DNA of 64,000 nt from NCBI GenBank assembly GCA_041908445.1, contig JAYRFK010000075.1, forward strand, positions 70,503 to 134,502, read 5' to 3'. Position 1 is the first letter of the stretch; each line of letters begins with the position of its first letter. A program made the position numbers and the translations under genes. Shown here one piece after another: positions 25,900 to 36,597 of the stretch. Under the pieces are notes generated by a model. It was not told the origin of the DNA. It was given only the letters and a program-made list of their open reading frames with translations, and made no database searches. Source of the DNA: Acidimicrobiales bacterium. GTDB taxonomy: Bacteria; Actinomycetota; Acidimicrobiia; Acidimicrobiales; DATDAH01.

Positions 25900-28398
25900 G
25901 TGGAGTTCGGGACGAGACGGGCGGGGGCGCGCCGACAGATCGAGCGCACGCTCGCACCCGCCGTGGCGCTGAGCGCCCTCGCGGTCAGCCAGCCCCTCCT
26001 CGAGCTGTTCGGGCAGAACCCGACCTTCTTCGTGGCCAGGGACGCGGGGACGACGGGGATCGTCCTGTTCGGCGCCGCCGTCGCCATCGGGCCGTCGCTG
26101 CTCGCGATCGGCGTCGTCGCGCTCGCGGCGGTGCTCTCCCCCCGCCTCGCCGCCGCGGCCCACCACGTCGTGGTGGTGGCGCTCGCCGGCCTGGCGGCCT
26201 CCACGTTGCTCGTGCACGCGGGCGGGTCGGGGCCGCTGGTGGTGATCGGGGCGCTGGCCGTGGGGGTCCTGGTGGCCATGGGCCTCGAGCACGTCGACGG
26301 GCTCCGAGGTGCCACGGAGTGCCTCACGCCCCTGCCGATGCTGATCCTCGCGCTGTTCCTGTTCGTCTCCCCCACCTCGCGCCTGCTGTGGTCGCCCGCC
26401 GCGTCCGCGCAGCCGGCGCAGCACGTGGACCGCCCTGCCGACGTGGCCCTGCTCGTGTTCGACGAGCTGCCGCTGGCGAGCCTGCTGCGGGCGGACGGCA
26501 CCATCGACGAGCAGCGCTTCCCCCACTTCGCCGAGCTCGCCCGCCACGGCACGTGGTACCGCAACGCCACGACCTCGTACCCGCGCACCGAGATGGCGGT
26601 GCCCAGCCTGCTCAGCGGCACCCGGCCGGCACCCGGGGCCATCCCGAGCGTCGTGGACTACCCCCAGAACCTCTTCACCCTGCTGTCGGCGACGTACCGG
26701 ATGAACGTGGTCGAGGAGGTCACCGACCTCTGCCCCGACGAGGTCTGCGGCGGGACGGCGGCACCGGCGGGCGGCGACACGATGGCGGCGCTGCGCGACG
26801 CCGCCGTCGTCTACGGCCACCAGGCGGTCCCCGACCCGTGGGCGTCCCGCCTGCCGGTCGTCACCCGGTCCTGGGGCGGGTTCGCCGGCGCCGAGCAGGT
26901 GGAGGACCCCTTCGACCGTCGCCGCGACGACCCCCCGGGCACCCAGACCCAGGTGGGCAAGGTCGCCTTCGCCGACCGCATGATCGACGCGATCCACCGG
27001 GGCGCCGCCCCCAGCCTGAACGTGGCCCACGTGGTGTTCCCGCACTCGCCGTGGACCCTCACGCCGGACGGCCAGGAGTACAACGCGACGCTCGAGGGCC
27101 TGCACTGGGACCCGAAGAGCCGCTGGGAGCCCGGGTCCACCTACGTCCGCCGAGGCCAGGCCATGCACCTGCTCCAGCTCGGGTACGCCGACGCGGTGCT
27201 CGGCCGCCTCATCGACCGCCTCCGCGCCGAGGGGATGTGGCACGACGCCCTCGTCGCCGTCGTGGCCGACCACGGTGCCGCGTTCCGCGCCGGTGACTTC
27301 CTGCGCGAGCCGTCGGGGCACAACGAGCAGGAGCTGTTCCGCGTGCCGTTCCTCCTCAAGGCGCCGGGCCAGACCCGCGGGGTGGTCGACGATCGTCCGG
27401 CGCAGCTGGTCGATCTCGTGCCCACCATCGCCGAGCGGCTGGGCGTCGAGACGTCCTGGCGGTTCGACGGCGTGGCGCTGCACCCGGACGGGAACCGCCC
27501 GGACCCGCTCGTGGTGTTGCCGACCGCCGCAGGCCCACAGCCGTTCACCCGCAGCGTCGACCCGCTCCTCGCCCTCGCCCGCCGCAACGCGCGCCGCTTC
27601 CCGCACGGCGACGGGTGGTCGGCGCTCTTCGCCGTGGGCGCCGACGGGGGGCGGGTCGGTCGACCGACCGCGGCGCTCCCCCGGGCCCCCGACGGCGCCC
27701 CCACCTGGCGATGGTCCTCCGAGGCGGCCGCCGCCTACGACGAGATCGACCCGGACGGCGCGTTCCTGCCGATCCAGCTCGTCGGCACGCTCGAGGGACC
27801 GCCGGGAGCCGGCCCGCCCGACCACGTCCTCGTGGCCCTGGACGGGGTGGTCGCCGGCGTGGGCGACGGGCTCACCGAACGTTCGCCGGGCCGCTGGCGC
27901 TTCGTGGCGCTGCTCGACCCGTCCCGCTTCACGAGCGGCGCCGCCCGGCTGGAGGTCTTCGTGCCCGTGGGCGACGACCACCGGGGCTTCGCCGAGGCCG
28001 GCCGGGCCGACCAGGGGGACGCGCGCCTGGCGTCCGACGACCACGGGACCCCCACGATGCTCGATCGGGGCGATCGACACCTGCCCGTCGAGGCCCCCAC
28101 CGAACGACGGCGGCTCGAGATCGACCGGGCGTTCAGCGACGGCGTGTCGGTCGTCATCGACGGCCTCTCGGTCGAGGACGGGACCGAACGGCCGAGCGAG
28201 GTCCTCGCCTTCGTCGACGGCCGAGCCGCCAGCCTCGGGGCGAACCCGTACCCGACGCTCAACCAGGGCGGCGAGGAGCTCGACCGCTGGGGCTTCGAGA
28301 TCGTGATCCCCCACGAGGCGCTCGGCGGCGAGGACCGGGGCTGGGTGGTGGCCGTGTACCCCGACCACGCGCTCGCGGTGGCGGTGGACTGGCGCTGA
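25900..28398 (+). CDS. membrane-anchored alkaline-phosphatase-superfamily (sulfatase/LtaS-like) protein with long uncharacterised C-terminal region
   Basis: About 5 TM helices, then a sulfatase-fold start (VALLVFDELPLASLL...TSYPRTEMAVPSLLSG). The last roughly 330 aa have no motif I recognise. The GTG 25900 start is provisional. Confidence 0.6.
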   Translation: MEFGTRRAGARRQIERTLAPAVALSALAVSQPLLELFGQNPTFFVARDAGTTGIVLFGAAVAIGPSLLAIGVVALAAVLSPRLAAAAHHVVVVALAGLAASTLLVHAGGSGPLVVIGALAVGVLVAMGLEHVDGLRGATECLTPLPMLILALFLFVSPTSRLLWSPAASAQPAQHVDRPADVALLVFDELPLASLLRADGTIDEQRFPHFAELARHGTWYRNATTSYPRTEMAVPSLLSGTRPAPGAIPSVVDYPQNLFTLLSATYRMNVVEEVTDLCPDEVCGGTAAPAGGDTMAALRDAAVVYGHQAVPDPWASRLPVVTRSWGGFAGAEQVEDPFDRRRDDPPGTQTQVGKVAFADRMIDAIHRGAAPSLNVAHVVFPHSPWTLTPDGQEYNATLEGLHWDPKSRWEPGSTYVRRGQAMHLLQLGYADAVLGRLIDRLRAEGMWHDALVAVVADHGAAFRAGDFLREPSGHNEQELFRVPFLLKAPGQTRGVVDDRPAQLVDLVPTIAERLGVETSWRFDGVALHPDGNRPDPLVVLPTAAGPQPFTRSVDPLLALARRNARRFPHGDGWSALFAVGADGGRVGRPTAALPRAPDGAPTWRWSSEAAAAYDEIDPDGAFLPIQLVGTLEGPPGAGPPDHVLVALDGVVAGVGDGLTERSPGRWRFVALLDPSRFTSGAARLEVFVPVGDDHRGFAEAGRADQGDARLASDDHGTPTMLDRGDRHLPVEAPTERRRLEIDRAFSDGVSVVIDGLSVEDGTERPSEVLAFVDGRAASLGANPYPTLNQGGEELDRWGFEIVIPHEALGGEDRGWVVAVYPDHALAVAVDWR

Positions 28399-28425
28399 GG
28401 TCCACCGGCCCGCCGGCGGGTCGGA

Positions 28426-29040
28426 TCAGACCTCGAGGGCGGCGCGGAAGAACTCGCGGATGTGGTCGAGGCGGGTCTCGAGCGCCTCGGGCGACGTGGG
28501 GTCGCGGCCGAGCATGGACTCGATCACCGGGAGGTCGCTGAAGTAGCTGAGCATCGCCCCATAGCCCGTCAGCAGCAGCTGCTCGGGGTCGTGGCGGCGG
28601 AAGTGGCCGGCGTCCATCTCGCGCTGCAGGAACGCCGCCGCCCGTTCGAACTGGGGCCGCATGGCGGCGCCGAGGTCGAGGCCCAGGTGGCCCTCGCTCT
28701 CCAGGAACTCGCGCCGCAGGAGGCGCACGAACTCGGGGCTGTCCATGAAGAACCGGAAGCCGGCGGTGAGGCCCCGCTCGAGGAGGATCCACCCCTGGCG
28801 GTCGGTGTCGGTGACCGCCTCCTCGATCAGCACGTACCACTCGGCCAGCGCGGTCTCGAAGACCTCGAGGTAGAGCGCCTGCTTCGACTCGAAGTGGTAG
28901 AGCAGGCTGGGACGACGGATCCCGACCGCATCGGCGATGTCGTTCAGCGAGGTGCCCTCGAAGCCGTGCTCGGCGAAGCAGCGCCGGGCCTCGAGCAGGA
29001 TCGCCTCGCGCGTCGAGAGCGCGACGAGGGGTTCGGCCAC
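28426..29040 (-). CDS. TetR-family transcriptional regulator
   Basis: [51 protein letters not shown] chose GTG 29040 as the start. The gene is divergent from the sulfatase gene. Confidence 0.85.
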   Translation of the reverse strand: MAEPLVALSTREAILLEARRCFAEHGFEGTSLNDIADAVGIRRPSLLYHFESKQALYLEVFETALAEWYVLIEEAVTDTDRQGWILLERGLTAGFRFFMDSPEFVRLLRREFLESEGHLGLDLGAAMRPQFERAAAFLQREMDAGHFRRHDPEQLLLTGYGAMLSYFSDLPVIESMLGRDPTSPEALETRLDHIREFFRAALEV

Positions 29041-29108
29041 GACCGGAATGCTACCGACCGAGGCCCGGCGCGCCCCGGGAGGATCGGTGCGGACGGTAGA
29101 CAGGGGCG

Positions 29109-30620
29109 GTGGATCGGCGGAGGTGGCTCGCGCTCGTGGCAGTGGCGCTCGTGGCCGTCTCGGCGGCCTGCTCGGGCGGCGGCGGGCCCGAGGACGGCGG
29201 CGGCGGCCCGGCACAGGACGGGGATCGACCGAACGTGGTGATGGTCATGACCGACGACCAGACCGCCGACAGCCTCGCGGTGATGGGCCGGACGCGGGCG
29301 CTCATCGGCGAGGAGGGCACCACGTACACCCAGGGCGTCGCCAGCTTCCCGCTGTGCTGCCCGGCCCGGGCCCAGGTCCTCACCGGCCAGTACGCCCACA
29401 ACAACGGCGTGCGGGACAACGCGCCGCCGGACGGCGGCTATCCCGCCCTCGACGCCGACGAGACCCTCGCGGTGTGGCTCCAGCGGGCCGGGTACGCCAC
29501 CGCCCACGTCGGCAAGTACCTGAACGCCTACACCGCCGCGGCGCAGCCCTCGGTCCCACCAGGCTGGGACCACTGGTTCGCCCTGGTCGACCCGAGCGCC
29601 ACGAACTACTTCGAGTACGACGTCAACGTCGACGGTGAGATCCGCTCCTTCGGCCCGGACGAGGCCGACTACCAGACCGACGTGCTCGCCGACGAGGCCG
29701 TCCGCCAGGTGCACGAGCTCGCCGGCGGCGACGAGCCCTTCCTCCTCGACTTCTGGCCGACCGCGCCCCACACCGGCCTCGGCGAGGGCGCGCTCCCGTT
29801 CTCCCCCGCCCCGGCCCCCCGTCACTACGGCGACTTCGCCGACGAGCCGCTCCCCGACACGCCCGCCATCGCCGAGGCGGACGTGAGCGACAAGCCGGCC
29901 TTCGTGGACGGCATCGAGGAGGCGTTCGCCCTCGGCGTCGTCGAGTACAACCTCGAGAACGGCACCGACCTCACCCTGACCGAGCTCGAGACCGAGGCCC
30001 ACCGGCGCTACCTGGAGTCGCTCCTGGCGGTGGACGAGGCGGTCGGCCGCCTCGTCGACGCGCTCGAGGAGGAGGGGGTGCTCGACGACACGATCATCGT
30101 GTTCGTGTCCGACAACGGCTGGAGCTTCGGCGAGCACCGGATCCCCTTCGCCAAGGTCCTGCCCTACGAGAACGTCCTGCGGGTGCCGTTCCTCGTGCGG
30201 GGGCCGGGCTTCGCCGCCGGCGCCACCGTCGACACCCAGGTCGCGCTCGTCGACCTGCCCGCCACGGTGCTCGCCGCCACCGGGGCCGCCCCGGGCCTGG
30301 CCCTCGCCGGCCGGCCGCTGCCCGGCGGGCCGGGGGCGGCCGACGACGCGCCGCCCCGGGCGCTGCTGCTCGAGAGCCCGCCGCGGGGCTCGGGCCGGAT
30401 CCCCCACTACGAGGGCGTCCGCACCGACCGGTACACCTACGTGGCCTGGGACACCGGCGAGGTGGAGCTGTACGACCGGTCGACCGACCCGGACGAGCTC
30501 GAGAACACCGCCGGCGACCCGGCGACCGCGGGCACCCGGGCCGCGCTCGCCATCCTGCTCGACCAGCTCCGGGGCTGCGTGGGCACCGGCTGCCAGGTGC
30601 CCGTGCCGGCGGGGCTCTGA
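29109..30620 (+). CDS. Cys-type sulfatase lipoprotein, N-acetylglucosamine-6-sulfatase-like
   Basis: Lipobox AVSAAC, MTDDQ, the formylglycine motif [20 protein letters not shown] (resembling the eukaryotic GNS CCPSRASILTGKY), and SDNGW. Confidence 0.8.
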   Translation: MDRRRWLALVAVALVAVSAACSGGGGPEDGGGGPAQDGDRPNVVMVMTDDQTADSLAVMGRTRALIGEEGTTYTQGVASFPLCCPARAQVLTGQYAHNNGVRDNAPPDGGYPALDADETLAVWLQRAGYATAHVGKYLNAYTAAAQPSVPPGWDHWFALVDPSATNYFEYDVNVDGEIRSFGPDEADYQTDVLADEAVRQVHELAGGDEPFLLDFWPTAPHTGLGEGALPFSPAPAPRHYGDFADEPLPDTPAIAEADVSDKPAFVDGIEEAFALGVVEYNLENGTDLTLTELETEAHRRYLESLLAVDEAVGRLVDALEEEGVLDDTIIVFVSDNGWSFGEHRIPFAKVLPYENVLRVPFLVRGPGFAAGATVDTQVALVDLPATVLAATGAAPGLALAGRPLPGGPGAADDAPPRALLLESPPRGSGRIPHYEGVRTDRYTYVAWDTGEVELYDRSTDPDELENTAGDPATAGTRAALAILLDQLRGCVGTGCQVPVPAGL

Positions 30621-30625
30621 CACCG

Positions 30626-31720
30626 GTGGCCACGATCCGCGGCGCCCGCGCCCTGACCCCCGACGGGTGGACGGGCGCCGTCGAGGTCGTCACGGCCGCC
30701 GACGGCACGATCGCCGAGCTGCGGCCCGCCGGCGGCCCCGTGCCCGACGTGGCCCTCGTGCCCGGGTTCGTCGACCTGCAGGTCAACGGCCACGACGACG
30801 TCGACGTGGCCACCGCCGAGGGCGAGGACTGGGAGCGCATGGACGGGCTGCTCGCCGCCCAGGGCGTGACGACCTGGTGCCCCACGCTGGTCACCGCCCC
30901 CCTGGAGGCCTACGCCGCCCCGCTCGCCCGGATCACCGCCGCCGCGGCCCGGTCCGGCGCCCGCCCCGCCGTCGCCGGCGCCCACCTCGAGGGCCCGTTC
31001 CTCGGGGGCCGGGCCGGCGCCCACCCCACCGAGCACCTCCGCGCCGCCGATCCCGGTTGGCTGGCGGCGCTGCCCGGGATCGTCCGCGTCGTGACCCTCG
31101 GCCCGGAGGTCGACGGCGCCCACGAAGCCATCCGCACCCTCGCGGACCGGGGCGCCCTCGTCGCGCTCGGCCACTCGGCCGCGACGTACGAGCAGGCCGA
31201 GGCCGCGGTGGATGCCGGCGCCCGGCTCGTCACCCACTGCTTCAACGCGTCCGGCGAGCTCCACCAGCGGGCGCCGGGCTTCCTCGGTGCGGCGCTGAGC
31301 GACGACCGCGTCGCCGTCTCGCTCATCGCCGACCTGGCCCACGTGCACCCCGCGCTGCTCCGCCTGGCCTTCCGGGCCAAGGGCCGGGGCCGGGTCGTCC
31401 TGGTCACCGACGCCGTGGCCTGGCGGTCCGGTCGCATCGGCGCCATCGAGATGGCACCGGGCGACGACGGCGTGCCCCGCCTGCCCGACGGCACCCTCGC
31501 CGGGAGCGCGCTCACCATGGACCGGGCGGTGCGCAACGTGGTCGGTGCCGCCGGGGTCGACCTCGCCGACGCGGTGGCCGCGGCCTCGACCACCCCGGCG
31601 TCGCTGCTCGGCCTGGAGGACCGAGGTGCCCTCGCCCCGGGCCGTCGCGCCGACGTGGTGGCCCTGTCGGGCACCCTCGAGGTCGCCGCCACCTGGGTGG
31701 CCGGCGAGCAGGTCCACTGA
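30626..31720 (+). CDS. nagA: N-acetylglucosamine-6-phosphate deacetylase
   Basis: PGFVDLQVNGH, the HLEGPF motif, GHSAATYE and THCFNA. Confidence 0.85.
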   Translation: MATIRGARALTPDGWTGAVEVVTAADGTIAELRPAGGPVPDVALVPGFVDLQVNGHDDVDVATAEGEDWERMDGLLAAQGVTTWCPTLVTAPLEAYAAPLARITAAAARSGARPAVAGAHLEGPFLGGRAGAHPTEHLRAADPGWLAALPGIVRVVTLGPEVDGAHEAIRTLADRGALVALGHSAATYEQAEAAVDAGARLVTHCFNASGELHQRAPGFLGAALSDDRVAVSLIADLAHVHPALLRLAFRAKGRGRVVLVTDAVAWRSGRIGAIEMAPGDDGVPRLPDGTLAGSALTMDRAVRNVVGAAGVDLADAVAAASTTPASLLGLEDRGALAPGRRADVVALSGTLEVAATWVAGEQVH

Positions 31721-31771
31721 CCCGCCGCCGGGGCCTGCTGCCGGCGGGGGCCCGGCGATAGGGTCGCCGGC

Positions 31772-32158
31772 GTGGAGATCGTCTCGGCCCTGTTCATCGA
31801 GGACGTGCAGATGCGGCCCGCCCCCGGGCCGTCGACCCGCATCGACATCACCGGCGTCCACTTCTCCGCCGCGGCGCCGGCGCCGGTCCCGATCACGGTC
31901 CAGCCCCACCTCTGCGTGATCGTGCGCTGCGCCCCCGACGAGGAGGGCACCGGTGCCCTCGAGGTCGTCTACCGGCGCGACGGCGAGCAGGTCGCCCGGC
32001 ACGCCTCACCACTGCAGGTGGAGCCCGGCAAGTTCAGCCAGCGCCTCGTCCGCGGCGACCTCACCTTCGACGACTACGGCACCATCGAGGCCCACTGCCG
32101 CATCGATCTCGGGCCCGTCGTGGTCGTCCCGTACACCCTGCTGCCGCCGGTCGGCTGA
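31772..32158 (+). CDS. hypothetical protein
   Basis: 128-aa ORF with coding-like GC3 and no motif I recognise. Confidence 0.4.
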   Translation: MEIVSALFIEDVQMRPAPGPSTRIDITGVHFSAAAPAPVPITVQPHLCVIVRCAPDEEGTGALEVVYRRDGEQVARHASPLQVEPGKFSQRLVRGDLTFDDYGTIEAHCRIDLGPVVVVPYTLLPPVG

Positions 32159-32195
32159 GGCCGGCCGCCGGACCCGCCCCCACGAGCCCCGCGCC

Positions 32196-33371
32196 GTGCC
32201 GTACGCCGCCGCCCTCTCCGAGCACCCCCTCGCCACCCACGCCACCGGCGAGGTCGTCGGCCAGGTGCTCGAGCGCCTCGGGGGCCAGGCGCCCGACGTG
32301 GCCGTGGTGTTCGTGACCGACGCCCACGGCGGCGCCCTCGAGGACATCGGGGCGACCATCCGGGCGTCGCTCGGCCCGGGCGTCCTGCTCGGCGTCACCG
32401 CCGTGTCGGTCACCGGCGGGTCCCGTGAGGTCGAGGAGCGCCCCGCCGTGTCGCTCTGGGCGGCCCGGTTCGACGGGGCCCCCGGCACGGCCCGTGCGGT
32501 GCGACTGCCCGGCGTCGCCGGCGGCGATCCCGAGGAGGCCGCCGACGCCCTCGTGGCCGCCCTGCCGGGTGGGATCGACCCCGCCCGCGACCTCGTCGTG
32601 CTGCTCGCCGACCCGTTCTCGTTCCCGGCCGACGCCTTCGCCCGGGCCGTCGACGAGGGTCGACCGGGCCTGCTCGTCGCCGGCGGCCTGGCCTCGGCCG
32701 CCCGCGGGCCCGGGGGCAACCGCCTCCTGCTCGACGACCGGGTCCACGACGACGGCGCGGTCGGCGTCGTCCTGCCCGTCGCGGACCGGGCCGTCCCCGT
32801 CGTGTCGCAGGGGTGCCGCCCCATCGGCGACCCCTACGTGGTCACCCGGGCCGAGGGGAACGTGGTCTACGAGCTCGGCGGGCAGTCGGCCCTCACCCGC
32901 CTCGAGGACCTGGTCGCGTCCATGGGGCCCGACGAGCGGGCGCTGGCCGCCCGCGGCCTGCACATCGGCCGCGTCATCGACGAGCGGCGGGCCCACTTCG
33001 AGCGGGGCGACTTCCTGATCCGGGGCGTGCTCGGCGCGGACCGCGAGAGCGGCGCCATCGCCATCGGTGACCGGGCCGAGGTGGGCGCGACCCTGCAGTT
33101 CCAGGTCCGCGACGCCGACGCCGCCGACGAGGACCTCCGGGAGCTGCTGGCCGGCCACGACGCCGACGGGGCCCTGCTGTTCACCTGCAACGGCCGGGGC
33201 CGGCGGCTGTTCGGGGTGGACGACCACGACGCGTCGCTCCTCGACGGCGTGGTCGCCGGAGGCGCCAGCGCGGGCATGTTCTGCGCCGGCGAGCTGGGGC
33301 CCGTCGGGGGCCGGAATTTCGTGCACGGCTTCACCGCCTCCATGGTCCTGTTCACGGACCGGCTCGGGTAG
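32196..33371 (+). CDS. FIST-domain (FIST_N/FIST_C) sensor-like protein
   Basis: The length and layout are typical of FIST proteins (VAVVFVTDAHGG..., C-terminal GALLFTCNGRG...FCAGELGP). I chose GTG 32196 as the start. Confidence 0.65.
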   Translation: MPYAAALSEHPLATHATGEVVGQVLERLGGQAPDVAVVFVTDAHGGALEDIGATIRASLGPGVLLGVTAVSVTGGSREVEERPAVSLWAARFDGAPGTARAVRLPGVAGGDPEEAADALVAALPGGIDPARDLVVLLADPFSFPADAFARAVDEGRPGLLVAGGLASAARGPGGNRLLLDDRVHDDGAVGVVLPVADRAVPVVSQGCRPIGDPYVVTRAEGNVVYELGGQSALTRLEDLVASMGPDERALAARGLHIGRVIDERRAHFERGDFLIRGVLGADRESGAIAIGDRAEVGATLQFQVRDADAADEDLRELLAGHDADGALLFTCNGRGRRLFGVDDHDASLLDGVVAGGASAGMFCAGELGPVGGRNFVHGFTASMVLFTDRLG

Positions 33372-33413
33372 GGTCGGGCCGACCTCGTCGCTGTCCGTCC
33401 CGCTGGAGGAAAC

Positions 33414-35369
33414 GTGTCCGATCCCGACCTCGAGCAGCGGGCCATCAACGTCATCCGGGGCCTGTCCATGGACATGCCCCAGGCCGCCAACTCGGGCCAC
33501 CCGGGCACCGCCATGGCGCTGGCGCCCGTGGCCCACGTGCTCTGGGACCGGATCATGACCTACGACGCGGCGGCGCCCGACTGGCCCGACCGCGACCGCT
33601 TCGTCCTCTCCTGCGGCCACGCCTCGGTGCTGCTCTACTCGATGCTGCACCTGACCGGCTTCGGGCTCACCCTCGACGACCTCCGCGACTTCCGCCAGCT
33701 GGGCAGCGCCACGCCCGGCCACCCCGAGGTGCACCACACCGCGGGCGTCGAGGTCACCACCGGGCCCCTCGGCCAGGGCGTGGCCAACGGCGTCGGCATG
33801 GGCATCGCCGAGCAGTGGCTCCGGGCCCGCTTCGGCGCCGACCTCTGCAACCACCACACGTTCGTGCTCTGCAGCGACGGCGACCTCGAGGAGGGCATCA
33901 GCCACGAGGCCGCCTCGCTCGCCGGCCACCTCGGCCTCGGTCGCCTCGTCTACATCTACGACGACAACCACATCACCATCGACGGCCCGACCGAGCTGGC
34001 CCTCACCGACGACGCCGCCAAGCGCTTCGAGGCCTACGGCTGGCACGTCGACGACGTCGGCGAGATCGCCAACGACACCGACGCCCTCGAGGCCGCCATC
34101 CGCCGGGCCATGGCGGTCGAGGACCAGCCCTCGCTCATCGTGCTGCGCAGCCACATCGGCTACCCCTCGCCGAAGTTCACCGACGACGCCAAGGCCCACG
34201 GCTCGCCGCTCGGCGAGGACGAGGTGCGGGTGACGAAGGAGCTCATGGGCCTGCCGCCCGACGAGACCTTCCACGTCCCCGACGACGTGCTCGAGCTCTA
34301 CCGCGCCGCCGGCCGGCGCGGCGCCGGCGCCCGCGCCGAGTGGGAGGCCCGCCTCGCCGCCTGGGACGGCGACCGGGCCGAGTACGACGCCTGCCTGGCC
34401 GGCCGGGGCCTCACCGGCTGGGAGGCCAAGCTGCCGACCTGGCCGGTCGGCGAGAAGGTCGCCACCCGCGTCGCCAGCGGCGACTGCCTGACCGCCGCCG
34501 CCGAGGTGGTGCCGGGGCTCGTCTCGGGCAGCGCCGACCTCACCGGCAACACGGGCACCCAGATCAAGGGCGCCACCTCGCTCAGCGCCGAGGAGCCCGC
34601 CGGTCGGGTCATCCACTACGGCATCCGCGAGCACGCCATGGGCGGCATCATGAACGGCCTCGCCGCCCACGGCGGCGTGCTCCCGGTGGGTGGCACCTTC
34701 CTCAACTTCGCCGACTACATGCGGGGCGCCGTGCGCATCGCCGCCATCACCCAGTCGAAGGTCATCTACTCCTGGACCCACGACTCGGTCGGCCTCGGCG
34801 AGGACGGCCCCACCCACCAGCCCATCGAGCACCTCGCCTCGCTGCGGGCCATGCCGGGGCTGATGGTGATCCGCCCCGCCGACGCCAACGAGACCGCCCA
34901 CGCCTGGAAGGTCGCCGTCGACCACGACGGTCCCACCGCCCTGATCCTCAGCCGTCAGAACCTGCCCGTGCTCGACGGGGTCGATCCCGAGGGCGTGGCG
35001 CGGGGCGCCTACACCCTCCGCGCCGCCGAGGCCCCGGCGGTCGTGCTCATCGGCACCGGCAGCGAGGTCGCCGTCTGCGTGGAGGCGGCCGAGCGCCTCG
35101 CCGGCGACGGCATCGCCGCCTCCGTGGTGTCGATGCCCAGCTGGGAGCTCTTCGAGGTCCAGGACCAGGCCTACCGCGACGCGGTGCTGCCCGCCGGGGT
35201 GCCCCGCCTCTCGGTCGAGGCCGCCGCCACCTTCGGCTGGTCGGCCTGGGCCGACGACTCGGTCGGCATCGACCGCTTCGGCCTGTCCGCCCCCGGCGCC
35301 CAGGCCCTCGCCGAGCTCGGCATCGAGCCGGGGCACGTGGCCGAGCGGGCCCGCGCCCTCCTCGGCTGA
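33414..35369 (+). CDS. tkt: transketolase
   Basis: [20 protein letters not shown] and [14 protein letters not shown] motifs. Confidence 0.95.
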   Translation: MSDPDLEQRAINVIRGLSMDMPQAANSGHPGTAMALAPVAHVLWDRIMTYDAAAPDWPDRDRFVLSCGHASVLLYSMLHLTGFGLTLDDLRDFRQLGSATPGHPEVHHTAGVEVTTGPLGQGVANGVGMGIAEQWLRARFGADLCNHHTFVLCSDGDLEEGISHEAASLAGHLGLGRLVYIYDDNHITIDGPTELALTDDAAKRFEAYGWHVDDVGEIANDTDALEAAIRRAMAVEDQPSLIVLRSHIGYPSPKFTDDAKAHGSPLGEDEVRVTKELMGLPPDETFHVPDDVLELYRAAGRRGAGARAEWEARLAAWDGDRAEYDACLAGRGLTGWEAKLPTWPVGEKVATRVASGDCLTAAAEVVPGLVSGSADLTGNTGTQIKGATSLSAEEPAGRVIHYGIREHAMGGIMNGLAAHGGVLPVGGTFLNFADYMRGAVRIAAITQSKVIYSWTHDSVGLGEDGPTHQPIEHLASLRAMPGLMVIRPADANETAHAWKVAVDHDGPTALILSRQNLPVLDGVDPEGVARGAYTLRAAEAPAVVLIGTGSEVAVCVEAAERLAGDGIAASVVSMPSWELFEVQDQAYRDAVLPAGVPRLSVEAAATFGWSAWADDSVGIDRFGLSAPGAQALAELGIEPGHVAERARALLG

Positions 35370-35438
35370 GCCCGGCCCGTCCGTTCCCCTCCCACCGTCC
35401 GTCCCACCCGTCCGACGACCCGCCCCGGAGCGAACCCC

Positions 35439-36539
35439 ATGAGCACCCGACTGCAGCGGCTGTACTCCGAGCAGGACCAGAGCCCCTGGCTCGACAACCT
35501 CAAGCGGGGCTGGATCACCAGCGGTGAGCTGGAGCGCTGGGTGGAGCGGGGCGTACGGGGCATCACGTCGAACCCGACCATCTTCCAGAAGGCCATGGCC
35601 ACCGGCGACGCCTACGACGCGCAGCTCGCCGAGCTGACGTCCGCAGGGGCGAGCACCGTCGACGCCTACTGGGCCGCGGTCACCAAGGACATCACCGACG
35701 CCCTCGACATCTTGGCCCCGGTGCACGAGGCCAGCGACGGCCTCGACGGCTACGTCTCGCTCGAGCTCGCCCCCGAGCTGGCCCGCGAGACCGACGCCAG
35801 CACCGAGGCGGCCCGCCAGCTGCACACGACCATCGCCCGGCCCAACCTCTACGTGAAGATCCCCGGCACCGCCGAGGGCCTGCCCGCCGTCCAGCAGATG
35901 ATCGCCGAGGGTCACTCCATCAACGTGACCCTGATCTTCGGCCTGGACCGCTACGCCGAGGTCATCGAGGCGTACCTGGCCGGCCTCGAGGCGGCCGAGG
36001 GCGACCTCTCTGGCGTCAGCAGCGTGGCGTCGTTCTTCGTGAGCCGCCTCGACACCGAGGTGGACCGGCGCCTCGATGCGATCGGCACCGACGAGGCGCT
36101 CGCCCTACGGGGCACGGCGGCCGTCGCCCAGGCCCAGTGCGCCTACCAGCTCTTCCTCGACCGCTTCAGCGGGTCCCGCTGGGAGGCGCTCGAGGCTCGT
36201 GGCGCCCGGGTCCAGCGGCCGCTGTGGGCGTCGACGTCCACGAAGAACCCCGCGTACCGCGACACCCTCTACGTGGACGAGCTGATCGGGCCCCGCTCGG
36301 TCAACACCATGCCCGACGCCACCCTCGAGGCCTTCGAGGAGCACGGCAGCCTCGAGCGGCGGGTCGACGCCGACCCCGACGCCGCCCAGGCCACCCTCGA
36401 CCGGCTCGCCGACGTCGGGGTCGACATGGCCGACGTGACGCGGGTGCTCGAGGACGAGGGCGTGGCCTCGTTCTCGAAGTCCTTCGACGAGCTCCTCGGC
36501 GTGCTCGGGGACAAGGCCGAGCAGTTGCGTCAGGGTTGA
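35439..36539 (+). CDS. tal: transaldolase (long actinobacterial type)
   Basis: QSPWLDNL.R, GITSNPTIF and the YVKIPGT active-site Lys region. Confidence 0.92.
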   Translation: MSTRLQRLYSEQDQSPWLDNLKRGWITSGELERWVERGVRGITSNPTIFQKAMATGDAYDAQLAELTSAGASTVDAYWAAVTKDITDALDILAPVHEASDGLDGYVSLELAPELARETDASTEAARQLHTTIARPNLYVKIPGTAEGLPAVQQMIAEGHSINVTLIFGLDRYAEVIEAYLAGLEAAEGDLSGVSSVASFFVSRLDTEVDRRLDAIGTDEALALRGTAAVAQAQCAYQLFLDRFSGSRWEALEARGARVQRPLWASTSTKNPAYRDTLYVDELIGPRSVNTMPDATLEAFEEHGSLERRVDADPDAAQATLDRLADVGVDMADVTRVLEDEGVASFSKSFDELLGVLGDKAEQLRQG

Positions 36540-36597
36540 TCCCGCCTCCGACCGTCTACTGTCGGCCCATGGACGGCCGACACCCGCGGCGACGCCG

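Noticed and set aside
28405-28424. GC palindrome ccggcccgccggcgggtcgg between convergent genes, considered as a bidirectional terminator.
   Set aside because: It has no loop and no U-tract on either strand, which is too weak to call. The same applies to the 7-bp hairpin at 36561-36581 between tal and pgl, and to the 9-bp hairpin at 59101-59122 upstream of typA.
35370-35438. C-rich tkt-tal spacer with three CCGTCCG units.
   Set aside because: It is short, has no secondary structure and no second locus. It is most simply compositional, and I cannot support a function for it.
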